From assembly GCA_044356455.1 (NCBI GenBank), contig JBIKWF010000019.1, forward strand, positions 1 through 49,753: DNA of 49,753 nucleotides, written 5' to 3'. Source of the stretch: Bdellovibrionota bacterium (GTDB taxonomy: Bacteria; Bdellovibrionota_C; UBA2361; JBGSMV01). Below are positions 37,669-46,188 of the stretch, piece by piece; the stretch's first letter is position 1, and the number at the start of each line of letters is the position of its first letter. Position numbers and translations under genes: made by a program. The notes below the pieces were generated by a model, which saw only the letters and a program-made list of their open reading frames with translations, did not search any database and was not told the origin of the DNA.

Positions 37669-38739
37669 TTATTGAGCGAAATATTCCAGGATATGTGACC
37701 ACGTAAACCAAGGCACCGTGAGGCAGGCCAAAATATAGAGGATGCCCACCACTTGCACGGCTGCTGCCGATTCAAGAACGCGAAGACTCCAGCGCTCACT
37801 TCGAATTCGTGAGGGAACTAGCTCCTGAGGCGCAGAAGCAGAATTCTCCCGCTCCTCCTGCTGCGGCTCTTCCGAGCGCAAGGAAAGCTCCGCCGGGATG
37901 GCCTCTACTGGCTGAGTAGCCATATCGGCAATTGCTCCAATCAAGGTTTCAGCTTCTGCCCCCGAGACCACTACGCTTTGGATGAGTTCTCGAAGGGGTG
38001 GAGAGTCTTTGCTGTGGGCGCTCGCATCCACGCTACACGTGGCGATGAGCCCCCTCTCGAATAAGGAAAGCACCCCATCCCAAAAGTAAAAACGGCTCAG
38101 CATGACTCTCTTTTGCAAAGTCTCCACCGGAAGTGGCTCGCTCAAAGCGGCATAAATCAATTTCTCTTCGGCAGTAAGCACCCCTTCAGGAACCTCGGTG
38201 CGCCTGACGGCAAGATGGGCTGATTCTGGGAAGAGCTTTTCGAAACGCTCTCTATTGCTGGGAAGCGCAACAAGATCAAGAAGAACTTGCCCTATTGAAA
38301 TGGTAGGAGAAAACTCCCGATCGTACTCCACCATCTCTACTCTGAATTGAAATCTAGCGCTGCCTGACAAGTCTATCTGGTAGAGACGATCTAAGACGCT
38401 CTGTTTAATGGTGTTACGGAAGAGGTCTTCGTCCAGCGGCACGCCGGCTTCTACCAGCGTAAGAAAGAGAGCCCGATAACTTTGGTCCTGAGGCTCGCCG
38501 CCTTCTTGGCTATCGTAGACCCACTGGGGAGGCACAATCCCCGCCTCCTTTAGTCTCGTAAGGGCCGCCTTGGACACATCCTCTCCTTGGGAGAGGACTT
38601 CCACGATCTTTCCCTGAACAAACAAAATCTCGACATGCCGTTCCGGGGACACAAGCTCTAAGACGCCTTGACGGCGCTTCTGTCCAATCTGCCTGAGTAC
38701 TGTAGTAAGTCCTTCCTCTGTCGCAATTCCTACTTCCAT
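37669..38739 (-). CDS. DUF4388-domain protein with C-terminal TM helix
   Basis: GLTTVLRQIGQKRRQGVLEL...ILFVQGKIV...ARFQF...IGQVLLD. Confidence 0.85.
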   Translation of the reverse strand: MEVGIATEEGLTTVLRQIGQKRRQGVLELVSPERHVEILFVQGKIVEVLSQGEDVSKAALTRLKEAGIVPPQWVYDSQEGGEPQDQSYRALFLTLVEAGVPLDEDLFRNTIKQSVLDRLYQIDLSGSARFQFRVEMVEYDREFSPTISIGQVLLDLVALPSNRERFEKLFPESAHLAVRRTEVPEGVLTAEEKLIYAALSEPLPVETLQKRVMLSRFYFWDGVLSLFERGLIATCSVDASAHSKDSPPLRELIQSVVVSGAEAETLIGAIADMATQPVEAIPAELSLRSEEPQQEERENSASAPQELVPSRIRSERWSLRVLESAAAVQVVGILYILACLTVPWFTWSHILEYFAQ

Positions 38740-38742
38740 AGC

Positions 38743-40542
38743 CTAGTCCTCCTTTCCGACTAGGTGCCAACTTACATAGATGCTTCCCAAGCTAAGAAGC
38801 ACCGCCAGAGACATGAAATATGGCTTAAAATCAGGAGCTTGCGCCAAAAGCCCCATTGATTCCCCCGGCCACCCAATAAGAGGCATAGCCAGAAGAATGC
38901 AAAGTGACAGAACAGCGAGGGCAGCTCCAGGCCGACCTACCCGCATGAGATTGCCGCCTGGCACCACTCGGACCAAAAGCCTGAGGGGCACATTTTTGGG
39001 GGGCTGAGGATAAAGAATCTCTTTGCGAGGGCGTTTGACTTGGCTCCCTCGCATCACAAAACCAAGCAGTAGGGCCAAGGCAATAGCGCCCATCACGGGA
39101 GGAGGTGCTCCTGGCATCATGAGCGCAGAGACCCTCTCCGCACGCTCATGCACCTCAGAAAAGGGAATGAGAATCGAAGACAATGTGGCAGGGAAGCCAA
39201 GCGGCAACTCGGCAATAGAAAGTGGGTGCTTGTCACCGAACTGCTCCTCTCTTTCTCTCACCTCAGCGGAAAGCCCAGGGCTGCGCTTCTCTGCCTCTGC
39301 AAAGAGAGCGCGACTTGCAACCGTATCGGTCATTGCAAAAGCCAGCTTAGAGCGATTCAGCGCGAAAGCGGGATCCTGCAAGCCAAGCTCTGCAGCTTCA
39401 TTAAAGAGGCGCGACGCCGCAGAATAGTCATCTTTGAGGAAGGCGATGATGCCGCGCTGAGCTATGGCATAGGCAACTGAATCGTTCCCTTGCGAGCGCC
39501 ACATAAGCTCAGCATGGGAAAATGCCTCGTCTGCTTCTGCAAGCCGCCCCTCACGGCGACTGGTGACCCCTTTGGTATATTGCACCGCAGCAGAAGTCGG
39601 ATAATCGAGCAAAAAAGAGCCAATCAAGGCATCGTCGCTTCGCTCAATGCGTCCGGAAGAAGCCCGAAGGTAGGCGCGAATTCGGCTCTCATCGAGAGAA
39701 AGCTTCATGGACTCGCGGATGGGGATGACAGAGGCCCATAGGCCCACCACCAGAGCGGAATAGAAAACGAGCCATCGGCGCTCTGGCATGACAAGAAGAA
39801 TTAACACTGACCATGCCGTAACGGACCAGAGTGGTCCTAACACAAGTGGAAGGCCAAGAACCCCAAGAACCAACACCGGAGAGATAATCCCTCTCACGAG
39901 AAGTGGAAGCCGCAGCCCCACAAATCGCAGCGGAAACTTCATCCAATAGCCCAGCGCAAGCGCCATGAGCAGGAAAAGCGCCAGGGTAAGAGCCCAAAGC
40001 GAGGGATAGATCGCCGCAATCCCGGCGCTAAAGACAAAAACTCGGTCACCATGAGCCGCAGCATAAGCCCTACTAAGTTGTGCAAAAAGCCCGCGATAGC
40101 CCGAAAGATGCGCGATTCTGGCGGAGGAGAGCACCACTGAGACAGAATTGGGAGAAATCTTTTCTGCCCACCCTAACAGTGCGGTTGCGGTATCTCGCTC
40201 GCCCTTTGAAAATGCCTCTTCGCTTCGGCGCACAAGCTCAAGTGACCACCCTTCGGCAGATTCATACCCAAGATCGCGCTGAAGCTCGTAGAGCGTTTGT
40301 ATTTCTTGAGAAGCGAGAGAAATCTGGCCAGCATCAAGCGCCTGAATTACGGCCGTCCATGCGCAACTGAGTTTCTCGGAAGGAGTCTTTTCCACTGGCG
40401 GAAGTGGTGGCCCGACAAATGCTAGGGCGACACTCTCTTGTGAGGGAGCCTCCTGGGACATCATAAGCTCATCGGCAAACGCAGGCGCCGCAGAGACCGC
40501 AAGAAAAAACATTACCGACAAGAAACCTAAGAAATAACGCAT
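38743..40542 (-). CDS. TPR-containing multi-pass membrane protein
   Basis: Signal peptide, TPR-like repeats (AAVQYTKG, AYAIAQRGIIAF, AFALNRSKL) and several TM helices. Confidence 0.85.
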   Translation of the reverse strand: MRYFLGFLSVMFFLAVSAAPAFADELMMSQEAPSQESVALAFVGPPLPPVEKTPSEKLSCAWTAVIQALDAGQISLASQEIQTLYELQRDLGYESAEGWSLELVRRSEEAFSKGERDTATALLGWAEKISPNSVSVVLSSARIAHLSGYRGLFAQLSRAYAAAHGDRVFVFSAGIAAIYPSLWALTLALFLLMALALGYWMKFPLRFVGLRLPLLVRGIISPVLVLGVLGLPLVLGPLWSVTAWSVLILLVMPERRWLVFYSALVVGLWASVIPIRESMKLSLDESRIRAYLRASSGRIERSDDALIGSFLLDYPTSAAVQYTKGVTSRREGRLAEADEAFSHAELMWRSQGNDSVAYAIAQRGIIAFLKDDYSAASRLFNEAAELGLQDPAFALNRSKLAFAMTDTVASRALFAEAEKRSPGLSAEVREREEQFGDKHPLSIAELPLGFPATLSSILIPFSEVHERAERVSALMMPGAPPPVMGAIALALLLGFVMRGSQVKRPRKEILYPQPPKNVPLRLLVRVVPGGNLMRVGRPGAALAVLSLCILLAMPLIGWPGESMGLLAQAPDFKPYFMSLAVLLSLGSIYVSWHLVGKED

Positions 40543-40548
40543 AAAACC

Positions 40549-41217
40549 TCAGAAGAGATCATCCAGCACCTGCTTACGCTCCAAAGGATTTAGGGGCGCG
40601 AGATATCCTCGGCTACCCTGGGAAGGCTCAGTTGCTTTCGGCATCAGGTGTTCAAAGGGAGCGCGCGCAGATTCTGACAACAGAGAGAAGTAGTCTCTCG
40701 CTCCCGGAGTAACTCCCGGGGGATTCGAAAGCCCAAGCACAAGTCGCTCTACAAAAACAGCAGATTCTTCTCGCGACTCCCGATCTTCAGCGAGCGCCCG
40801 AAAGAGGTCGTCAGCCGCAGCGGACACGAGAACATGTGGTTCACGCTGCAATCGTCCCTGGGAAGTTGCGGGAACACCTTTGGGGGGCCGTGCTCCGCTA
40901 CAAGCAGATGAGAACACTTTCCCCAAAGGACCACAGGCACGGCAGTTAGCATCGCTCTGCGCGAGAGGGGTAAGTAGCTTGGCGAAACTTTCCGCTCGTC
41001 CGTCTAAGGCCAGCATCGAACAGACCCGCTTCATGGCGGGCCTTTGCTTCTTAAATATTGGCGCGGCGAACTCCAGAAGCTCGCTGGATTCATCACTAGA
41101 GACACCACCTCTTGCTACCTCGTCAAGAGATGGCCTTTGCCCCTGGGCACCAGGCGCAGAGAGCAGCATAGCGACGAATAGCGCCATGGAAACTGCTATG
41201 GTACCGTTGATTCTCAT
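40549..41217 (-). CDS. Secreted hypothetical protein with CxxC
   Basis: Signal peptide, CRAC motif; ATG at 41217 after GAGGTG. Confidence 0.7.
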   Translation of the reverse strand: MRINGTIAVSMALFVAMLLSAPGAQGQRPSLDEVARGGVSSDESSELLEFAAPIFKKQRPAMKRVCSMLALDGRAESFAKLLTPLAQSDANCRACGPLGKVFSSACSGARPPKGVPATSQGRLQREPHVLVSAAADDLFRALAEDRESREESAVFVERLVLGLSNPPGVTPGARDYFSLLSESARAPFEHLMPKATEPSQGSRGYLAPLNPLERKQVLDDLF

Positions 41218-41236
41218 GCGATGCACCTCATCAAAG

Positions 41237-41264
41237 TTGTCGGTGTTTCTGGTAGGGAGCTTTA
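41237..41264 (-). promoter_or_regulatory. Possible sigma28-type promoter
   Basis: Minus strand TAAA-N16-ACCGACAA immediately upstream of the RBS. Confidence 0.4.
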
Positions 41265-41376
41265 CGAAACTCTACTGCTTAAAGTGCTCTGTGAGACGTG
41301 AAGGTTTTGGTTTATGCAGTGCCTTTTATGACCAGAGAATCGCAGGCCTAATTGATTTAAAGACTTGTAGGGATTC

Positions 41377-42270
41377 ATGACTAAGGAAGCATTTACGAGA
41401 ATTGCGCAGGCGCTCCTCAAAGAATTTCCTAGAACGAGCCAACCAGATCTTCCAAATCCGGAGTCTGCTCGGGCTTTCGCCAAGTGCCTTATCCCCTGTT
41501 TCTTCCCACAAGTGCCCCTCATGCCCAGCACAAAGAGGCTAGGCAAGCCTGGATCGAGGGAGGGCCACGCGGCTTTAGAATCCCGTCAGAAGGATCAAGA
41601 AAAGAGACTCAAAGTCATGGTTTCCCATCTGCGCGGCGCCTTGAATCCGCTTTCAGAGGCACTCCCTGAAGGCAGCGCCCAAAAGATCGCACAAAAGTTC
41701 CTAGACGATGCTCCGAAACTGCAAAAACTCATGCGCTCAGACCTCGCGGCACTTTACCAAGGAGACCCTGCCGCAAAGAGCGAGAGCGAGATTATTCTCT
41801 CATACCCCGGATTTTTTGCGTCAGCAGTCTACCGCGCGGCACACCACCTTCATGTATTAAAAGTTCCCCTTTTTCCCCGGCTTCTCACGGAATATGCGCA
41901 TGAGAAAACTGGAATTGATATCCATCCCGCAGCGCGCATCGGGCATTCGTTCTGCATCGATCATGGAACAGGAGTAGTAATCGGAGAGACCTCGGTATTA
42001 GGAAACCATGTGAAGCTTTATCAAGGAGTCACTCTCGGTGCACTGAGTGTTGATAAATCGCTGTCCCATACCAAGCGTCATCCGACGCTTGAGGATGAAG
42101 TCGTGGTGTATTCAAATGCCACGATACTAGGCGGAGAGACTGTAATTGGGAGAGGAAGTGTTATCGGCGGGAATGTCTGGCTCACTTCCAGCGTCCCCCC
42201 GTTTTCAACGGTCTACCATCGCGGAGACGTCTCCGTTCGATCCTCCAAGCCTCGTGCGAGGAAAAAGTAA
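41377..42270 (+). CDS. cysE: Serine O-acetyltransferase (CysE/EpsC type)
   Basis: GDPAA, SYPG, TGIDIHPAARIG, IDHGTGVVIGET, YQGVTLG, KRHPT. Confidence 0.95.
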   Translation: MTKEAFTRIAQALLKEFPRTSQPDLPNPESARAFAKCLIPCFFPQVPLMPSTKRLGKPGSREGHAALESRQKDQEKRLKVMVSHLRGALNPLSEALPEGSAQKIAQKFLDDAPKLQKLMRSDLAALYQGDPAAKSESEIILSYPGFFASAVYRAAHHLHVLKVPLFPRLLTEYAHEKTGIDIHPAARIGHSFCIDHGTGVVIGETSVLGNHVKLYQGVTLGALSVDKSLSHTKRHPTLEDEVVVYSNATILGGETVIGRGSVIGGNVWLTSSVPPFSTVYHRGDVSVRSSKPRARKK

Positions 42271-42914
42271 TGAGCGCCCAAGGAACTGATATTTTCACCA
42301 CGACGCTCATCGTAGCCCCGGCACTTCTTGTGGCGGTCATTTTGCATGAAGTGGCTCATGGCCTCGTAGCAGAGCGCCTCGGCGACGCCACCGCGCGATC
42401 TCTTGGCAGAATTACACTGAATCCCCTCAAGCACATTGACTTGTTCATGACAATACTCCTTCCGGCAACTCTTATTTTGGCTGGTTCTCCAATTGTCTTT
42501 GGCGGGGCGAAGCCAGTTCCCGTGAACCCTAGGTTTTTCAAGAACCCTCGAGGCGGGATGGGCTGGGTCGCCATTGCGGGACCAATTACGAACGCGTGCC
42601 TGGCATTTCTAAGTTACCTCCTTTACCTACCCGTCGCTCACTATGCGCCGCAAGACTCTCTTGTGGGGCAGTACGTTCTCGCGGTTCTTACTATGAGCGT
42701 GCTTGTTAACGTAGTCCTCGCCGCCTTTAATCTCCTTCCCGTCCCCCCTCTCGACGGTGGCCGCATCGCCGTAGCGCTACTTCCCAAGCCTATCGCGCTG
42801 CGCTGGGCGCAGCTGGAACGCTTTGGCCTTTTTATTGTGGCGGGCCTCCTACTCTCAGGAATCGTAGAGAAAGTCTTGTCCCCTATTATCGAGCTCACGC
42901 TTAAGCTTTTCTAA
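42270..42914 (+). CDS. Site-2 protease (M50 family)
   Basis: HEVAH, GRITLNPLKHID, AGPITN, FNLLPVPPLDG. Confidence 0.95.
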   Translation: MSAQGTDIFTTTLIVAPALLVAVILHEVAHGLVAERLGDATARSLGRITLNPLKHIDLFMTILLPATLILAGSPIVFGGAKPVPVNPRFFKNPRGGMGWVAIAGPITNACLAFLSYLLYLPVAHYAPQDSLVGQYVLAVLTMSVLVNVVLAAFNLLPVPPLDGGRIAVALLPKPIALRWAQLERFGLFIVAGLLLSGIVEKVLSPIIELTLKLF

Positions 42915-42923
42915 GGACGGCGC

Positions 42924-43295
42924 ATGGAAGGGAATCTGTCTCGATTGCCACTAGTGGCTCTGTATGTTGCAGCGCTTGCGCTTGCCGCCTGCAGCTCAGG
43001 GCCCGCCGTCTCGTATTCTCCCATAGCTGAAGCCTCAGCTCCCGAAGTAATCGTCTATGTAAATAGCAAATGCCCTCACTGCGCCAAGGCCCGGGCATTC
43101 ATGGATCAAGAAGGCATCACTTACGAGGCTCGGGACGTAAGGACAAACGCCAGAGCCAAGGCGGAATTTCAAGCTATGGGCGGAAGTGCCGTGCCCCTTT
43201 TCATAATTGGAAGAACGCAGGTTCGCGGCCTCGACAAGATACGCGTTCGCGAGCTCGTGGCCGCAGCGCGGAGACGCGAAGCGCAGTCACACTGA
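42924..43295 (+). CDS. Glutaredoxin/NrdH-like lipoprotein
   Basis: Lipobox LAAC; CPHC active site; AVP cis-Pro motif. Confidence 0.88.
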   Translation: MEGNLSRLPLVALYVAALALAACSSGPAVSYSPIAEASAPEVIVYVNSKCPHCAKARAFMDQEGITYEARDVRTNARAKAEFQAMGGSAVPLFIIGRTQVRGLDKIRVRELVAAARRREAQSH

Positions 43296-43721
43296 ATTCT
43301 TGTGAACGGGCTGCTCGCGGAGAAGTATCCACACCCGAGGCTCCTCCCCCATTTGAAGCAGACGCACCGTCACAAATCGCAGCTCGCGGCCAACCTTAAG
43401 AACAAAGGGGAACGTCTCATTCAGGAGGCCTTTTTTAATACCCTGCACAAAACGCCCGAGAAAAAGGGGGCTATTGGCCCAGGGACAAAGATCTGAAAAA
43501 AACTCGCGTCCAATTGCCGCCCCGGACACGCCAAGTAATTCTTTCGCTTGACGGTTCATGAGAACTACCCGCCCCAAAAAATCAGTCTCTACCGCTGCGC
43601 AGGGAAGGTCCCCCGCCTCAGGGTCCTTCAGGCGAGCAAAGGCGGGATTCGCCTCAGCAATAAAAGGGTCAACTCCAGAAAGATCCTCCTGAGTGCTTGC
43701 GCCAGATTTCATCGCAGTCAT
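43287..43721 (-). CDS. Photoactive yellow protein (PYP)-like PAS protein lacking canonical chromophore residues
   Basis: IGREFFSDLCPWANSPLFLGRFVQGIKKGLLNETFPF aligns with PYP [37 protein letters not shown]. Confidence 0.8.
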   Translation of the reverse strand: MTAMKSGASTQEDLSGVDPFIAEANPAFARLKDPEAGDLPCAAVETDFLGRVVLMNRQAKELLGVSGAAIGREFFSDLCPWANSPLFLGRFVQGIKKGLLNETFPFVLKVGRELRFVTVRLLQMGEEPRVWILLREQPVHKNSV

Positions 43722-44590
43722 ATTCCTTCTGCCCCACGCCGCACGGCGCTAACCCTGGTCATCACACTTTTCAAATTCTCAATATGCCCTTCTAGTTGGA
43801 GTTCGAGGGAATCTGCAGCAGCATGCACCTCGCGGCTACGCTTTTCGTGCAAGCTCTCAAGGGTTGTAATTTTTTCCTTAAGGGTTCTGCACAGCGCGCG
43901 CACTTCTGAAAGCTCAGAAAGCAGAAGCAGAGAAACGGGCGGTGCATGCTGCTCTGCATGTAGCGCTGCAAGCTGCTGGAGAAGCTGATCTGCCATTTCA
44001 GAAGTAAGCAGCGTGCCATCAGCTAATCTGAGAGCCGCTGCGTGTGAGCCACTTCGCGCGAATTCCTCGCTACCCCTGGGAGAATGCGTAACGGTTCGCT
44101 CCCTCTCATGAAAGACGGTAACCCCGTCTCGGGGCAATTCGCAGTCATCGAAAGAGGCCTGACTTGCGTGAGAAGACGAGTGCGGCCCGCCCCACAACGA
44201 AGCCCCCTTCATTCTCTCTATCCCGCGTTGGATGGTTTGCAGCTCAGATTTAATCGACTGCACAAGGGAAACATTCTCAGAGGAAACAAGCGCAGCCCGT
44301 GGCTCTCTAACGAGTGCTCCTAGAGCCACTCGCACTGAATCAAGTTGCTCGGAGAGAACCTCGGAAGTGGGAAGGCCGGAGCGTTCGCGTGCAGGGTTCG
44401 CGCTCGCAGCACCTTCTGACACCTCAAAGGGAGCGCGCACGGATAGAATGCTGAGGGGACGAGAGCCCGAGACCCGCTGGGCAGAGGAGGAAAGCCTCAA
44501 GAGGCGCCGCGCAACATCCTTAATCATTCGGAGAGTTCCCCGGGAGAAATTTCCTGTACGGAGGATTTCCTCATATTCACCTGACAGCAA
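43718..44590 (-). CDS. Coiled-coil hypothetical protein
   Basis: 290-aa ORF overlapping the PYP-like start (ATGA); heptad-rich C-terminus. Confidence 0.65.
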   Translation of the reverse strand: MLSGEYEEILRTGNFSRGTLRMIKDVARRLLRLSSSAQRVSGSRPLSILSVRAPFEVSEGAASANPARERSGLPTSEVLSEQLDSVRVALGALVREPRAALVSSENVSLVQSIKSELQTIQRGIERMKGASLWGGPHSSSHASQASFDDCELPRDGVTVFHERERTVTHSPRGSEEFARSGSHAAALRLADGTLLTSEMADQLLQQLAALHAEQHAPPVSLLLLSELSEVRALCRTLKEKITTLESLHEKRSREVHAAADSLELQLEGHIENLKSVMTRVSAVRRGAEGI

Positions 44591-44697
44591 CCTATCATGG
44601 AGAACAGTGACGGCCTAGCCATCATATCTCACCGGATCCTTTCTTATCCCTGAGAAATAGTCCCAAAGATGAGTGCGCCCGCTGAACTGCGAGGCTG

Positions 44698-45114
44698 CTA
44701 AAGGGTGCCAAGAAAGCTGCGAATAGACTGAGTGAGCTGCTCTCGCAGCTCCCTAAATGCAGAGACTCGGTCGGGAGAAAGTCGTGCCGTCGGATCCGGC
44801 ATTGGCCAATAGAGAGTAGCCTTAGCAAGAGGAACGGAGGGAAATCGCAAGTGCGCTTCCTCGCTAAGGACAACTGCAAAGTCAAAGTTCCCACTCACCT
44901 CAGCAATCGCACGCGATTCAAAATCATCAAGAGAGGCGCCTACCTCTGTAAGTACGAGATGTGCGACAGGATGCAAATGGCCGGCGCCAAGGGCACCTGC
45001 AGATTCTACATGCCAGTCGGGAGCAAGCATGCGCCATAACCCCTCAGCCAGGGGCGAACGAATGCTATTGGCAGAACACAGAATAAGGACAGAAGGCATA
45101 GCAATTACAGACAC
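44698..45114 (-). CDS. ArsC / low-molecular-weight protein-tyrosine phosphatase family protein
   Basis: P-loop LILCSANSIRSPLAE, VESAG, WPMPDP. Confidence 0.88.
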   Translation of the reverse strand: MSVIAMPSVLILCSANSIRSPLAEGLWRMLAPDWHVESAGALGAGHLHPVAHLVLTEVGASLDDFESRAIAEVSGNFDFAVVLSEEAHLRFPSVPLAKATLYWPMPDPTARLSPDRVSAFRELREQLTQSIRSFLGTL

Positions 45115-45254
45115 TTAAACAAGAAAAAAGACTCCAACTTTTTAGGACGCAGGCTCCAGGAAACGCTAAGGACTGCCGAAGATCCCTTCAGGATACTATC
45201 GACTTAAAGCTCAAGGTCAATCACAGATTGGGCAAGAGCTACTAGAGATACCTC

Positions 45255-46004
45255 ATGGCACTTCGGTTTGACGCACTATTCATTACGCCCGAGGCGGAAC
45301 TACCGAAGAAGGTCAGCGAGGGGCTGTGGCCAGAGATCCAGTTTGTGGCCGCGGACCGGGTCTCATCAATAGCCGATGCATTCCAAAAACTCGTCGATCA
45401 CTCCTATAGCATTTGCTTCATCGCCCCCTCATTCACCGAGGGCATAGATACTTTCTTTAAGGACATGAAGACCGTCGGCCGCGATGAAACCTGTTTTTTC
45501 TTTCAGCTTGAGCAAGGCTACGACCCATCTGGCGAGATTCCGAAACTAATTCACGGTGCAATTGCGGGTCTTGTAAGCGCGGCTCCCACCGCGGCGGAAC
45601 GAGAAGTGCTCGTAGAGTTGCTTCAAGTAGAGTTCCATAGAGCAGAAGTTACAAGGCGCGTCTCTGACGTTAAGGACGCGGTAAGCCTGCTTGTGCGCGA
45701 AATTGATCTTATGGCGCGCGACCGTCAGCGCGGAAGGTCGAGACGCTACGATACTGCCGTTAAAAGTTTCGTAGAGCTTCATCTTGCCTTCGATAAAGAA
45801 GTTTTTAGCCAGTATATCGAGGCTCTCACGACGCTCGCCTCTGCGGCTCCCGCCTTTGACGTAAACGCGGTTGAGATCCCTGATGAAATTTTGGAGAAAA
45901 GGCTACCCAGCCTCACTAAAGACACCTACCGCGGGCCAAGCGCGAGAGTATGGAATAAGCTTCTTCGAAAGTTTGGGCAGAGGGTGGAATCTAAGCTGCG
46001 TTAA
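45255..46004 (+). CDS. Hypothetical protein with degenerate receiver-like N-terminus
   Basis: ALFIT...SSIADAFQKL...YSICFIA resembles REC beta1/alpha2/beta3 without acidic residues. Confidence 0.65.
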   Translation: MALRFDALFITPEAELPKKVSEGLWPEIQFVAADRVSSIADAFQKLVDHSYSICFIAPSFTEGIDTFFKDMKTVGRDETCFFFQLEQGYDPSGEIPKLIHGAIAGLVSAAPTAAEREVLVELLQVEFHRAEVTRRVSDVKDAVSLLVREIDLMARDRQRGRSRRYDTAVKSFVELHLAFDKEVFSQYIEALTTLASAAPAFDVNAVEIPDEILEKRLPSLTKDTYRGPSARVWNKLLRKFGQRVESKLR

Positions 46005-46053
46005 TCTACCGCCAGGTCTTCTCACGGACCCGAGGGGAACCCGTGAGAGATGA

Positions 46054-46162
46054 CTCTCTGTGAACTCTGTGCCCTCTGTGGTTGATTTAAATTGTTGAAA
46101 AACCACAGAGGACACAGAGTTCACAGAGAGAAAGAAAAAATAGCGAGGTTTTCCGAGGCTCC
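46054..46162. mobile_element. MITE-like repeat (family A), inverted near-identical copy of 36288-36396
   Basis: Reverse complement reads GGAGCCTCGGAAAACCTCG...CTCTGTGAACTCTGTGTCCTCTGTGGTTTTTCAACAATTTAAA...ACCACAGAGGGCACAGAGTTCACAGAG; second end absent. Confidence 0.85.
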
Positions 46163-46188
46163 GTAAGAAGAGGCTATGGAAAAATCGA

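Noticed and set aside
37406..37799. ORFs across the multi-hairpin element
   Set aside because: No protein-like features; explained by GC-rich palindromic DNA and overlap with the DUF4388 gene
40549..41217. Cytochrome c assignment for the CRAC motif
   Set aside because: Motif is CxxCG, lacking the His of CxxCH
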